Assembly: GCA_965242525.1 (NCBI GenBank)
Contig: OZ251459.1
Coordinates: 864,001 to 928,000, forward strand
Direction of reading: 5' to 3'
Origin: an uncultured Candidatus Binatia bacterium
Lineage (GTDB): Bacteria > Desulfobacterota > Binatia > UBA9968 > JAJDTQ01
DNA length: 64,000 bases
In this document: positions 38,826-48,480 of the stretch, piece by piece
How positions within the stretch are numbered: the first letter of the stretch is position 1
How the letters are laid out: every line of letters begins with the position of its first letter
Notes under the pieces: model-generated
The model's database searches: none
What the model was told of the DNA's origin: nothing
Seen by the model: the letters and a program-made list of their open reading frames with translations, nothing else
Translations under genes and position numbers: made by a program

Positions 38826-38888
38826 AGCGCCCCGCGCGTGCATGCCGCGGCGGTCGAGTGAGCGGGTAATCCGGGGTGAAAGACGGGC

Positions 38889-40193
38889 ATGACCTCTTCC
38901 CCTCAGGGTGGCCGGCGCCGCCGTGCGTTGCGCCTCATCGGCCGGAACCCGCTTCTGTTGGTGGCGGGCGTCGCGCTGGCGGCGTTGGCCGGAGAGGCAT
39001 ACTTGCGGCTGACCGTGCCGTTCATGATATCGCGGGTCCCCAATGAATTCGTTCCGAACGTAGGCTATGTCAGGACCCCGAACACGGAGATACGCTTTAC
39101 CAACCGGCTCGACTTCTGGAACGTCTCCCGCACCAACAGCTTGGGCTTCCTCGACCGGGAACCCCCGAGCCCCGAACGCGCCGCAGCAACCTGTCACGTC
39201 TCGATCATCGGCGACTCCTTCGTGGAGGCGTTGCAAATCCCCATCGACGACAAGTCCCATGTCCGGCTCGAAGGGCTCGCCGCCGACCGGTTGCCCCACC
39301 TGGACATCACGACTTCGGCCTTTGGGTTGAGTGGTATCGGCCAAGTCCAGCAACTGCCGTTCTACGACGAATATGCCCGGCGGCTCCATCCCAAACTGCT
39401 CGTGCTGGTCTTCGTTGCCAATGACCTCCCTGACAACACGCCGGTCATCGGGGGGTTGGGAAGATCGGGCCGGAAAAAGAAGCTCACGGTGAGAAGGCGC
39501 TCGGACGGGGCATTGGAGTTGGCATGGGTCCTTCCCCGGGAAGGGAGTCCCCGGACCCCGGCGTCGTGGGCTGCCCGCGCCATGGAGAAGGCGGTGGAGC
39601 GTTCGTGGCTTGCCCTCTGGTTGCGCGCCAAGAAGAATGCCCTGTTTCCTCGACCGGACCACCGGGATCGCCGGTTCGTCGAGAACGTGGAGGCTCTGAG
39701 ACGGCAGCCCGGCCATGCCGCGCTGCTCGAAGGATGGCGGCCCACCACTCGGCGCGACATGGTTCGAGTCTTCGCTCGAAGGGACCTGCCTCCCTTTTTC
39801 GAGGACGCCCTGGGATACACCCGTTTCGCGCTGGAACAGTTCCGGCAGCGTGCCGACCGCGACGGCGCCAAGCTGGTCATCCTGGCGTCACACACGTTGA
39901 AGACCCGCGGAGCCCCCATGTTCGAGCGATTGAGCGAAATTGCCGCCGCCCTGGGCATTCCCGTCATCGACCAGGCCGACTACATCCTGCGCCAGGGCGC
40001 CGAGCTCGCGGACGCCCAATGGCCCCACGACGGCCACTGGAACCCGGCCGGCCACCAATGGGCCGCAGAGGCCCTGCTCGAATATATCGAGCAACGTCCT
40101 GAAGTCTGCAACGGGCCCACCGGCGCCGGCGCCCTGCACGTACTGCCGCGGTGGTCGAGTGAGCGGATAATCCGGGGTGAAAGACGGATATGA
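38889..40193 (+). CDS. SGNH-hydrolase-like (AlgJ/AlgX-type) membrane-anchored protein, copy 1
   Basis: N-terminal TM, TNSLGF, GDSF, ND and DGHWN motifs. Confidence 0.75.
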   Translation: MTSSPQGGRRRRALRLIGRNPLLLVAGVALAALAGEAYLRLTVPFMISRVPNEFVPNVGYVRTPNTEIRFTNRLDFWNVSRTNSLGFLDREPPSPERAAATCHVSIIGDSFVEALQIPIDDKSHVRLEGLAADRLPHLDITTSAFGLSGIGQVQQLPFYDEYARRLHPKLLVLVFVANDLPDNTPVIGGLGRSGRKKKLTVRRRSDGALELAWVLPREGSPRTPASWAARAMEKAVERSWLALWLRAKKNALFPRPDHRDRRFVENVEALRRQPGHAALLEGWRPTTRRDMVRVFARRDLPPFFEDALGYTRFALEQFRQRADRDGAKLVILASHTLKTRGAPMFERLSEIAAALGIPVIDQADYILRQGAELADAQWPHDGHWNPAGHQWAAEALLEYIEQRPEVCNGPTGAGALHVLPRWSSERIIRGERRI

Positions 40194-41401
40194 TTGCTGC
40201 CCCCCACAGTAGTGCGGCCCGGCGGACCCCTCGTGTGCTGCGCCTGCTCGGCCGGAGCGCGTTTCTGCTGGTCGCGGGCGTCGCGCTGGCGGCGTTGGCC
40301 GGAGAAGCCTGGTTCCGCCTGACCGCGCCGTTCATGGTATCGACACTCCCCGATGAATTCGTCCCGAACGTAGGCTATCTCAGGCCCCCGGACACGGAGA
40401 TACGCTATACCAACCGGCTCGACTTCTGGAACGTCTCCCGCACCAACAGCCTGGGCTTCCTCGACCGGGAACCCCCGAGCCCCGAACGCGCCGCGGCAAC
40501 CTGCCACGTCTCCGTCATCGGCGACTCCTTCGTGGAGGCGCGAGAGGTCCCCATCGACCACAAGCTCCACGTTCGCCTCGAAGAACTCGCCGCCGACCGG
40601 TTGCCCCGCCTGGACGTCACGACTTCGGCCTTCGGGATAGGAAATACCGGCCAAGTCCGCCAACTGCCGTTCTACGACGAATATGCCCGGCGCCTCCGTC
40701 CCAAACTGCTCGTGCTGGTCTTCGTGAACAATGATTTCATCAACAACGCGCCGCTGATCGTGGGGACGAGAAGGTCGGGCCGGAAAAAAAACCTCACGGT
40801 GAGAAGGCGCTCGGACGGGACACTGGAGTTGGCATGGTTCCTTCCCCGGGAATGGAGTCCCTGGCCCCCGGCGTCGTGGGCTGCCCGCGCCATGGAGAAG
40901 GCGGTGGAGCTTTCGTGGCTTGCCCTCTGGTTGCGCGCCAAGAGGAATGCCCTGTCTCCTCCTGACGAGGAACAGTGGCTCATCAGGATGATGGAGTCCC
41001 TGGCGCGACAGCCCGACTCCTTGCGGTTCTGGTCCGCCCCCGTTTTCGAGGACGGCCTGCAATACACCGCCTTCGCGCTGGAGCAGTTCAAGGAGCGCGC
41101 CGACCGTGACGGCGCCAACCTGGTCATCCTGACGACGCATACGCTGAAGACCCGCGGAGCCCCCATGTTCGAGCGATTGAGCGAAATGGCCGCCGCCCTG
41201 GGCATTCCCGTCATCGACCAGGCCGACTACATCCTCCGCCGGGGCGCCAGGCTCACGGACGCCCAATGGCCCCACGACGGCCACTGGAACCCCGCCGGCC
41301 ACCAATGGGCCGCAGAGGCCCTGCTCGAATATATCGAGCAACGCCCGGAAGTCTGCGACAGGCCCACCGGCGCCGGCGCCCTGCTCGAACCGGCCACTTG
41401 A
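40190..41401 (+). CDS. SGNH-hydrolase-like protein, copy 2 (tandem paralog)
   Basis: Long identical stretches shared with 38889-40193; same motifs. Confidence 0.75.
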   Translation: MIAAPHSSAARRTPRVLRLLGRSAFLLVAGVALAALAGEAWFRLTAPFMVSTLPDEFVPNVGYLRPPDTEIRYTNRLDFWNVSRTNSLGFLDREPPSPERAAATCHVSVIGDSFVEAREVPIDHKLHVRLEELAADRLPRLDVTTSAFGIGNTGQVRQLPFYDEYARRLRPKLLVLVFVNNDFINNAPLIVGTRRSGRKKNLTVRRRSDGTLELAWFLPREWSPWPPASWAARAMEKAVELSWLALWLRAKRNALSPPDEEQWLIRMMESLARQPDSLRFWSAPVFEDGLQYTAFALEQFKERADRDGANLVILTTHTLKTRGAPMFERLSEMAAALGIPVIDQADYILRRGARLTDAQWPHDGHWNPAGHQWAAEALLEYIEQRPEVCDRPTGAGALLEPAT

Positions 41402-41490
41402 CGCCGAGCGGCACGAGCGGACGACCAAGCGGGGCCTTCGTCTCTGTATTGCCTATGTGACGGCCAAAGAACAGGTGAATCCTTCAGCCT

Positions 41491-41519
41491 TTGACCAGGC
41501 TTCGGCAAGAGGATATGGT
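41491..41519 (+). promoter_or_regulatory. putative sigma70 promoter of the methyltransferase
   Basis: TTGACC-17 nt-TATGGT. Confidence 0.45.
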
Positions 41520-41577
41520 GTCTGAAACTGCCGTAACCCCACTGACCCTACAGCAAATCGTGAAGAGATGACCCGCC

Positions 41578-43767
41578 ATGACCCTCCCTTTGCCACTCTA
41601 CGTCACCGAAGACAGCGCAACGTCGGTCCGAATCCGGAACAAGGGCGAGCGAGCCGCCATTGAAGAGGACGGGTTTCCGTTCGAGGAATTTTCGGACGTT
41701 GCCGAATTGGAGAGTTGGCGCAAGGAGATCAACCGCCCTCTCTACCACATGCACAAATGGTGGGCGCAACGCCTGGGATCGGTCTTCCGGGCCATTGTAA
41801 TCGGTACCCTGACGCCGGCCGGGACCGATGTGAAGGTCAGTTTCCATCGACCGGTGCGGTTTCCCGGTACGGTGGTCTTCGACCCTTTCATGGGTAGTGG
41901 CACGACGGTCGGCGAGGCTCTGAAACTGGGTTGTCGGGCCGTCGGACGCGACATCAACCCGGTAGCCCATTTCATCGTCAAGAACGCCTTGGCGCTCCAT
42001 CCCCGCACCCAGGCGATCCAGGAGTTCAAGGCCATCGAGCGCGACGTGGCGGCAAGGATACGACACTTCTACGAGGCGCGTTTGCCCGGGAGAGAGAAAG
42101 CGCAATGCCTGTACTACTTCTGGGTCAAGGTGCTGGACTGTCCGAACTGCAAAGAGGCAGTGGATCTGTTCCATTCCTACGTTTTTGCACGTCACGCCGA
42201 CCCGCGACGATACCCCATCGCGCAAGCCGTCTGTCCGTCCTGTGGCGCACTGAACCGGACGCGCCACGACGCGGAGGAGGTGACGTGCGGCGCCTGCCGC
42301 TACGTCCATGATCCCAACAGGGCGCCGGCCAACGGGGCGAAGGTTACGTGCCCGCACTGTCGGCATGTCTTTCCGGCGGCCAAGGTGGCCCGCGAAGCGG
42401 GACGGCCGCCTGAACATCGGCTGTACGCAAAGCTGGTTCTCACCGCTTCCGGCGAAAAGCGCTACCTGCCGGCCGATGACTTCGATTTGGCGCGATACCA
42501 GGAAGCCGTTGCCGCATTGAAGGGGAGGGAGAGCGCTCTTCCCGAAGGGGAATTGAAGCCCGGGTACAACACGAACCAAGCCATCAATTACGGTTATCGA
42601 CGCTGGCGTGAGATGTTCAACGAACGCCAGCTCCTGTGCCTGGACATATTGGCCGACCGGATTCGGTCGATAAACGGCAAGCCGTTGCGAGACCTGTTTG
42701 TCTGTCTGTTCTCGGGCGTGCTGGAATTCAACAACATGTTTGCGTCCTACAAGGGCGAGGGAACGGGCGCAGTCAGGCACATGTTCTCGCACCACGTCCT
42801 GAAACCCGAACGTACCCCCCTGGAGGCCAATCCCTGGGGCACACCCCGGAGCTCGGGCGCGTTCTCCACCTTGTTCGGGAGCCGGGTCCTGCGCGCCATC
42901 GACTATTGTGAAGATCCCTTCGAGATCGCTGTGGTCAGGAAGAACGGCAAGCCCTCCACGAGAAAGGTTTTCGGCCTGTCCGAGCCCATTGGATATCCGA
43001 TAACCGAGAGCTTCGACGCCTTTGACGCCGGAGGACGAGTCTATCTGTCGTGTGGCGATTCAGGCAACACGGATCTCTCGGAAGGCTCCGTCGATGCCGT
43101 GATCACAGACCCGCCTTTCTTCGACAACGTGCACTACTCCCAACTCGCGGACTTCTTCCACGTCTGGCAGCAGTACATCCTGGAGCCTCCGGAACGGCGT
43201 TCGACAACCACTCGGTCCGAGCGGGAAGTCCAACAGACCGAGGCCGGCGAGTTCACGACCCGACTGCGCGCAATCTGGAGGGAATGCCGCCGCGTCCTGA
43301 AGCCCGGCGGGCTCCTCGTGTTCACCTATCACCATTCCCGGCCCGAGGGCTGGAGCAGCGTCTTCGACGCGGTGACGGAAGCGGGCATGGCGATCGTGGC
43401 GGCCCATCCCATCAAGGCGGAAATGTCCGTCGCCATGCCGAAAAGCCAGGCCCGGGAACCCATCGACCTCGACATCATCTTGGTTTGCCGCAAGCGGGAG
43501 GACGTCCTGATTCGTTTGCAGGACCGTGAAGACGCTTGGGCGCAGGCGGTCAAGGTTGCCGACGGGCAGATCAGCCGGTTGCGTCGAGTTGGCCGCAAGT
43601 TGAGCCGTAACGACATCCGGGTCGTGGTCATGGCCCAGATCATTCGTTTCCTGTCCACCTGCGACGATCATCGAACAGCCCGCGCATTCCTGGAAGACCG
43701 GACCGCCAAGGTCGATGACATGATCGACTCTTTCGACGTCAGCGAGACGGGCGAACATGGACGATGA
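41578..43767 (+). CDS. DUF1156-type adenine DNA methyltransferase with zinc ribbons
   Basis: HKWWAQR, DPFMGSGTT (motif I), four CxxC pairs, TDPPFFDN (motif IV), RVLKPGG..FTYHH. Confidence 0.88.
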   Translation: MTLPLPLYVTEDSATSVRIRNKGERAAIEEDGFPFEEFSDVAELESWRKEINRPLYHMHKWWAQRLGSVFRAIVIGTLTPAGTDVKVSFHRPVRFPGTVVFDPFMGSGTTVGEALKLGCRAVGRDINPVAHFIVKNALALHPRTQAIQEFKAIERDVAARIRHFYEARLPGREKAQCLYYFWVKVLDCPNCKEAVDLFHSYVFARHADPRRYPIAQAVCPSCGALNRTRHDAEEVTCGACRYVHDPNRAPANGAKVTCPHCRHVFPAAKVAREAGRPPEHRLYAKLVLTASGEKRYLPADDFDLARYQEAVAALKGRESALPEGELKPGYNTNQAINYGYRRWREMFNERQLLCLDILADRIRSINGKPLRDLFVCLFSGVLEFNNMFASYKGEGTGAVRHMFSHHVLKPERTPLEANPWGTPRSSGAFSTLFGSRVLRAIDYCEDPFEIAVVRKNGKPSTRKVFGLSEPIGYPITESFDAFDAGGRVYLSCGDSGNTDLSEGSVDAVITDPPFFDNVHYSQLADFFHVWQQYILEPPERRSTTTRSEREVQQTEAGEFTTRLRAIWRECRRVLKPGGLLVFTYHHSRPEGWSSVFDAVTEAGMAIVAAHPIKAEMSVAMPKSQAREPIDLDIILVCRKREDVLIRLQDREDAWAQAVKVADGQISRLRRVGRKLSRNDIRVVVMAQIIRFLSTCDDHRTARAFLEDRTAKVDDMIDSFDVSETGEHGR

Positions 43768-44653
43768 AGCGCCCGCGCGCGATGGTCCTGTCGGAGCGTC
43801 GCGGAATGGGAAAGGGATCGCACTTGTGGAAAGATCGGTCGTCGCCCGCGTCGCGACGGTCTCGGTAACAATGAAAGACCCTGTATCCGGGAGTGCTCTC
43901 GTTCGGCACGGTGCGCTCGATGGCCCCGACTCGACGCAAGGACGGATACTCGGTCTCAAGGTCGTCCCGGGCGTGGATCAACGTTGAGCGGCGATCGAGG
44001 AAGGCCGCGCCAAGAGGGTTGGCGAAAACCATCATGGGTCGAACCCGGTTGGCGCCGTCTCCATAAGTGCCAAGGCCGATCTCCTTGGAGCGCCGCCCGA
44101 CAATCGAGAGATAACGGTCGAAATCCGCGTCCAGCAGATCCCCGTCGCATAAGGCAAGGGCGGTCAAACGATAGGTCCGCCGCGCGCCCGGTACAGGCTC
44201 TTGGCAGACGAACAGGTAGTAACCCTTGACGTCGAGGACGACATCGTCAAGGGCGTAAACGCGAACGGTGCCGCACGGTGGCGTGGTGTTGTAGTCCAGC
44301 CCCGAATCGCGGGCGATGTCGCCGGAGCGCTGGCGTTCGAGTTTCTTGACCTCCAGGCCGAGGATGCGGCTCGGGTCCGCACGCAGGTCGGCCCGGGACG
44401 CACGGTTGCACATGGCCGGTCGATAGACGGCCAGATCGGGGGTGATGAGGGGTCCGTTGGCCTTGGCAACCTTGACTCCGTGGCGGAGACCGGTTTCGAG
44501 GACCTTGAAGACATGCTCGTCAAAGGGGTCGTCCTGTGTATTGAGCTTGTCCCGCAAGGAGTAGCGGCTCGGGTTTGTCGCGGCGTCGAAGAAACGGTTG
44601 CGCAGGACGAGGAAGGTCTCCACGCTCAAATCGGTCGGGGACTTGGCAATCAC
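43739..44653 (-). CDS. putative type II restriction endonuclease (PD-(D/E)xK)
   Basis: ITPDLAV...LGLEVKK motif; translationally coupled to the C gene and convergent with the MTase. Confidence 0.6.
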   Translation of the reverse strand: MIAKSPTDLSVETFLVLRNRFFDAATNPSRYSLRDKLNTQDDPFDEHVFKVLETGLRHGVKVAKANGPLITPDLAVYRPAMCNRASRADLRADPSRILGLEVKKLERQRSGDIARDSGLDYNTTPPCGTVRVYALDDVVLDVKGYYLFVCQEPVPGARRTYRLTALALCDGDLLDADFDRYLSIVGRRSKEIGLGTYGDGANRVRPMMVFANPLGAAFLDRRSTLIHARDDLETEYPSLRRVGAIERTVPNESTPGYRVFHCYRDRRDAGDDRSFHKCDPFPIPRRSDRTIARGRFIVHVRPSR

Positions 44654-44889
44654 GGCGCGTCCGCTTCGTGGTCGAAGAGGTCCTTCGATGGAACGTCGAG
44701 CGCGCGAGCGATTTTCTCGACGTTGATGATGCTGATGTTGCGTTCGCCCCGTTCCACTCCGCCGACATAGGTACGATCAAGGCCGGACTTGAACGCAAGT
44801 TGCTCTTGGGAGAGGTTTCCGCGCTTTCGCAGGAGCCGCACCCTCTGTCCGAAAGCGACCCTGATGTCGTCAGCGACCTTTGCGTCCAT
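44650..44889 (-). CDS. XRE-family HTH controller (C) protein
   Basis: SQEQLAFKSGLDRTYVGGVERGERNISI is typical of RM C proteins; C-box lies upstream. Confidence 0.85.
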   Translation of the reverse strand: MDAKVADDIRVAFGQRVRLLRKRGNLSQEQLAFKSGLDRTYVGGVERGERNISIINVEKIARALDVPSKDLFDHEADAP

Positions 44890-44905
44890 GACGCCAACCG
44901 ATCAT

Positions 44906-44940
44906 ATGTGACGACGTTAAGTCCACGGTTTATGAGTATC
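44906..44940 (-). promoter_or_regulatory. C-box operator
   Basis: Minus strand ATACTCATAAAC-CGTG-GACTTAACGTC resembles C.AhdI/C.Esp1396I-type double operators centred on CGTG. Confidence 0.7.
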
Positions 44941-45033
44941 ATTCCGTCTGTTTTCCTGTACCGGCAGAGCCGGGGTCGGGACCCCGAACGGCCGGTTGGA
45001 CGAACCGCGCGGCAGCCGCCCGTGCAGCGGTCG

Positions 45034-45062
45034 TTGACAGACGCCACAGGCTCGTGTTTAAT
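45034..45062 (+). promoter_or_regulatory. putative sigma70 promoter
   Basis: TTGACA-17 nt-TTTAAT. Confidence 0.55.
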
Positions 45063-45109
45063 CCACGCGGTTCCGATCGAGGATACGGCAATCGGCAAGG
45101 AGGTGGCCT

Positions 45110-46093
45110 ATGAGTCGTCATGTTATCGGATGGGCGTTGGTCTGGATGGTCTGCTGGGCGTTCGCGCCGGCGCAGGCGGTCCTGGCGGAGGAGAAGTTCC
45201 CGAACCGGACCATCACGTGGTTGATCCCCTACGGCCCGGCAGGCGGGTTCGACCTGCACAGCCGCGCCATGATCATCGGCATGAAGAAAGCGCTGGGCGT
45301 CAACATCATCATCCGCAACCGCCCCGGAGCGGGCGGCAACATCGCCTGGAACCTCACCTGGGGCGCCAAGCCTGACGGCTACACCATCTCTACGGTCAAC
45401 ATTCCCGGGGCCATCATCTCCGAGTTGTTCAGTCCCACCAAGCCGGAGTACCGCCTGAAGGAGTTCTCCTGGATCGGGCAGATCTCCGCCGGCCCCTACG
45501 TCTTCGCGGTAGGCGCCAAGACGCCGTTCCAGAGCCTGGAAGACATGCAGAAGGCGACAGAGGTGCTGATTACCGGCACGGGAGTCGGCGGCACCGCGTG
45601 GGTCACCGAGGCCCTGACCGCATCGGTGCTGAAGTTCAACCACAAGTTCATCCTGGGCTACCGGAGCGCGCCGGAGTCGAACATGGCCATCGTCCGGGGC
45701 GAAGGCCACGCCCGGGCCCTGGGCCTGGACTCCCCGGGCCAGATGCGCTTCGTCCACGAAGGCGACATGCGGCCCCTGTGGGTCTATCTGGACAAACGCT
45801 CGCCGGACTTCCCGGACGTGCCCACCATCGGGGAGTTGGGCCATCCGAACCTGACGGTGCTTGCGGCGCACCGGGTGGTCACTGCTCCTCCGGGCATGCC
45901 CAAGGACCGGTTGGCTATCCTCCAGAAGGCCTTCGATGCGGCCACCAGGGACCCCGATGTGCTCTCCCGGTTCAACAAGATGAAGGCGAGGATCGACCCG
46001 GTGGTGGGCGAGGGCTGGGTCAATATGCTCAACGGCTTCTACGACCTGATCCGCGACAACGGGGACGTCTTCCGGAAGGCGTTGAAGAAGTAG
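45110..46093 (+). CDS. tripartite tricarboxylate transporter substrate-binding protein (TctC/Bug)
   Basis: Signal peptide, PYGPAGGFD, NRPGAGG, KPDGYTI and PDVPTIGELG motifs. Confidence 0.9.
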   Translation: MSRHVIGWALVWMVCWAFAPAQAVLAEEKFPNRTITWLIPYGPAGGFDLHSRAMIIGMKKALGVNIIIRNRPGAGGNIAWNLTWGAKPDGYTISTVNIPGAIISELFSPTKPEYRLKEFSWIGQISAGPYVFAVGAKTPFQSLEDMQKATEVLITGTGVGGTAWVTEALTASVLKFNHKFILGYRSAPESNMAIVRGEGHARALGLDSPGQMRFVHEGDMRPLWVYLDKRSPDFPDVPTIGELGHPNLTVLAAHRVVTAPPGMPKDRLAILQKAFDAATRDPDVLSRFNKMKARIDPVVGEGWVNMLNGFYDLIRDNGDVFRKALKK

Positions 46094-46130
46094 CGGGCGC
46101 GGCCCGGGGGTGAGGAAGGAGGAGGACGCC

Positions 46131-46481
46131 ATGCAGGCAGTCCGACTATACAGCGGCGACGACGGCGAATCCCATTTCGAGGAGATCGACCTCGAGTTTG
46201 AACCGGATCGCCAGATGGAGGTCACGGCCATGGAAGCCGCCAAGGGCGTGGCCGTGCGCCGGGCGCCGCCCGGCGTGCTGCTGGACTGGCACCCGGCCCC
46301 CCGGCGGCAGTACCTGTTCACGCTGTCGGGGGCCTGGGACATCGAATGCGGCGGCGGGGAGGTGCGGAGGTTCCGGGCCGGGGACATCATGCTGGCCGAC
46401 GACCTGACCGGGCGCGGGCACCGGAGCCGCGTCATCGGCGACGAGCCCCACGTCTTCGCGGTGGTGCCGTTGGCGGACTGA
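46131..46481 (+). CDS. cupin-fold hypothetical protein
   Basis: LYSGDDGESHF, WHPAPRRQ and DLTGRGH motifs; RBS GGAGG. Confidence 0.8.
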   Translation: MQAVRLYSGDDGESHFEEIDLEFEPDRQMEVTAMEAAKGVAVRRAPPGVLLDWHPAPRRQYLFTLSGAWDIECGGGEVRRFRAGDIMLADDLTGRGHRSRVIGDEPHVFAVVPLAD

Positions 46482-46615
46482 GGCCGCCCTTGCACTGGAC
46501 GAGTCCGTAGCTTGCGCAACCCGCACTCGTCTGTAACGCTGGAGGGAATGGTCGTGGCGCCGAAGTCCTCCACGACGGATGAGCGGAACGACGGTAGCAG
46601 GGAAGGAGGCTCCCC

Positions 46616-47602
46616 ATGCGGACGGACGACGATGTAGCAGGAACCGGCTTGCAGCCGCGGCCCTACTCCATGCGGCGCCCGCGGATGGCGCCCGCGCTGG
46701 GGCCGGCCACGACCCCGGACCTTCCCGGCTGTCGGCCGGTGCCTCTTCCGCGCAGCGACCTCGACGCCTACGAAGGGCGGTTCGAGTACTGGGACGGCGA
46801 CACCGAGACCGCCTGGGTGGTCAGCGAACCCACCGGCCTCGCCCACGAAGAGCCGTCCGAATCCCTGGTGGAGTTGTGCACCCTCATCGGGTTGGAGCGC
46901 GGCGCTTCCGCCAAGTTCTTCGGCTCGGTGGACCTGGAGTTGCGGGACGCGCGCGGAGAGCGGCGGAAGATACTGCAAGCCGACCAGTGCGTGTACCTGG
47001 ATCCGCAGCGGGCCCGGTTGCCGCAAGACGGAGGGTTGGTGGTGGGGGAGCATGACTATCCGGACGTGGTGCTGGAGGTCGATCACACGACGGACGTGCG
47101 GCGTTGGAAGCTGGGGATGTACGAGTCGTGGGGTTTCCCGGAGGTGTGGGTGGAGGTGCCGGATCTGTGGTCGGAGAGCCGGCCGCGAGGTTTGCGACCG
47201 GGGCTGACCATCCACGTGCTGGAGGAGGGAAAGTACCGGGAGACGGAGGAGAGCCGCGCGTTCGGCGGCTGGCGGGCGTCGGCGATCCATGAAGCGCTGA
47301 ACGAACGGAAGCTGACGGGTCGGACGCACCAGCGGCTGAAGCAGGTGGGTCGGAAGCTGGGGGAGCGAGACGGCACCACCCCGGACGATCATCCCGCGGC
47401 CCGCTCCCTGCGGGCGGAAGGTTTTGCTGAGGGCTGGGCGAAGGCGGTGCGTCGGCTGCTGCTGTCCCGCGGCATTGCGGTTTCGGACGGTTTTCCCGCG
47501 GACATGCCCGGATTCGCGGAGTCGCCGAAGGACCTCGTCATGGCGGCGGCGTTGGCCTGCGACAGCGACGAGGACTTCCGCGTGCGCCTCCGCCGCGGCT
47601 GA
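46616..47602 (+). CDS. Uma2 (DUF820) family putative endonuclease
   Basis: QADQCVYL, PDVVLEVD and YESWGFPEVW motifs; start codon uncertain. Confidence 0.82.
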   Translation: MRTDDDVAGTGLQPRPYSMRRPRMAPALGPATTPDLPGCRPVPLPRSDLDAYEGRFEYWDGDTETAWVVSEPTGLAHEEPSESLVELCTLIGLERGASAKFFGSVDLELRDARGERRKILQADQCVYLDPQRARLPQDGGLVVGEHDYPDVVLEVDHTTDVRRWKLGMYESWGFPEVWVEVPDLWSESRPRGLRPGLTIHVLEEGKYRETEESRAFGGWRASAIHEALNERKLTGRTHQRLKQVGRKLGERDGTTPDDHPAARSLRAEGFAEGWAKAVRRLLLSRGIAVSDGFPADMPGFAESPKDLVMAAALACDSDEDFRVRLRRG

Positions 47603-47688
47603 CGACTTCGGGCCGGAAGCGGGCGAGGGACGCTGCGCGCCAGACGGTCAAGGTCTTCGGGGTCGCTCCGTTCGAGGTTGCCGCAACT

Positions 47689-48471
47689 TCAGGAACCGGC
47701 CGCGGCCGAGACCCCGCCGTCCACCACCAGGGTCGCGCCGGTGACGTAGGACGACTCGTCTCCGGCCAGGAACAGGATGGCGCAGGCGATCTCCCGGGGC
47801 TCGGCCCAGCGCTTCATCAGGCTGTGCCCGGCACCGGTGCGGCGCAACTCCTCTTCGGTGACCCCCCGCGCCTCGGCCCGCCGGATGTGGAACGGCGTGA
47901 GTGTAGGGCCGGGGCAGACGGTGTTGACGCGGATTCCGTGGCCCACTTCCTCGATGGCCAGAGTGCGGCTCAGGCTCACCACCGCGGCCTTGGTCACGTC
48001 GTACTGTCCCATCCCCGCCCGCCCGGCGACCCCGAACACGGACGACACGTTGACGATGCTGCCGCCTCCCCGAGCGCGCAGCAGGGGGACCGCGGCCTTG
48101 CAGCAGTGCGCGGTGGCCATCAGGTTCACGGCGAGGATGGAACCCCAGCTCTCGGGGTCGGCGTCGGCCAGAGCGCCGTACACGCGGATGCCCGCGGCGT
48201 TGACCAGGACATCCAGGCCGCCGAAACGCGCGGCCGCGTCGGCCGCGGCACGGCTCGCTTCGTCCTCCCGGCTCAGGTCCGCGGCCGCGGCCAGCACGTC
48301 CGCGGCGGGGAACCGGCGGCGGACCTCTCCGGCTGCGGCCTCGGCCGCGGCGCGGTCGCGATCGACGATGGCCACGCGGGCGCCTTCCTCGGCGAAGAGC
48401 AGCGCGGTGGCCGCGCCGATGCCGCCTCCGCCGCCCGTGACCAGCGCGGCCTTGTCCCGGAGCCGCCCCAC
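47689..48471 (-). CDS. short-chain dehydrogenase/reductase
   Basis: TGGGGGIG, NAAG, YDVTK and VDGG motifs. Confidence 0.9.
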   Translation of the reverse strand: MGRLRDKAALVTGGGGGIGAATALLFAEEGARVAIVDRDRAAAEAAAGEVRRRFPAADVLAAAADLSREDEASRAAADAAARFGGLDVLVNAAGIRVYGALADADPESWGSILAVNLMATAHCCKAAVPLLRARGGGSIVNVSSVFGVAGRAGMGQYDVTKAAVVSLSRTLAIEEVGHGIRVNTVCPGPTLTPFHIRRAEARGVTEEELRRTGAGHSLMKRWAEPREIACAILFLAGDESSYVTGATLVVDGGVSAAAGS

Positions 48472-48480
48472 CGGCGTCGG

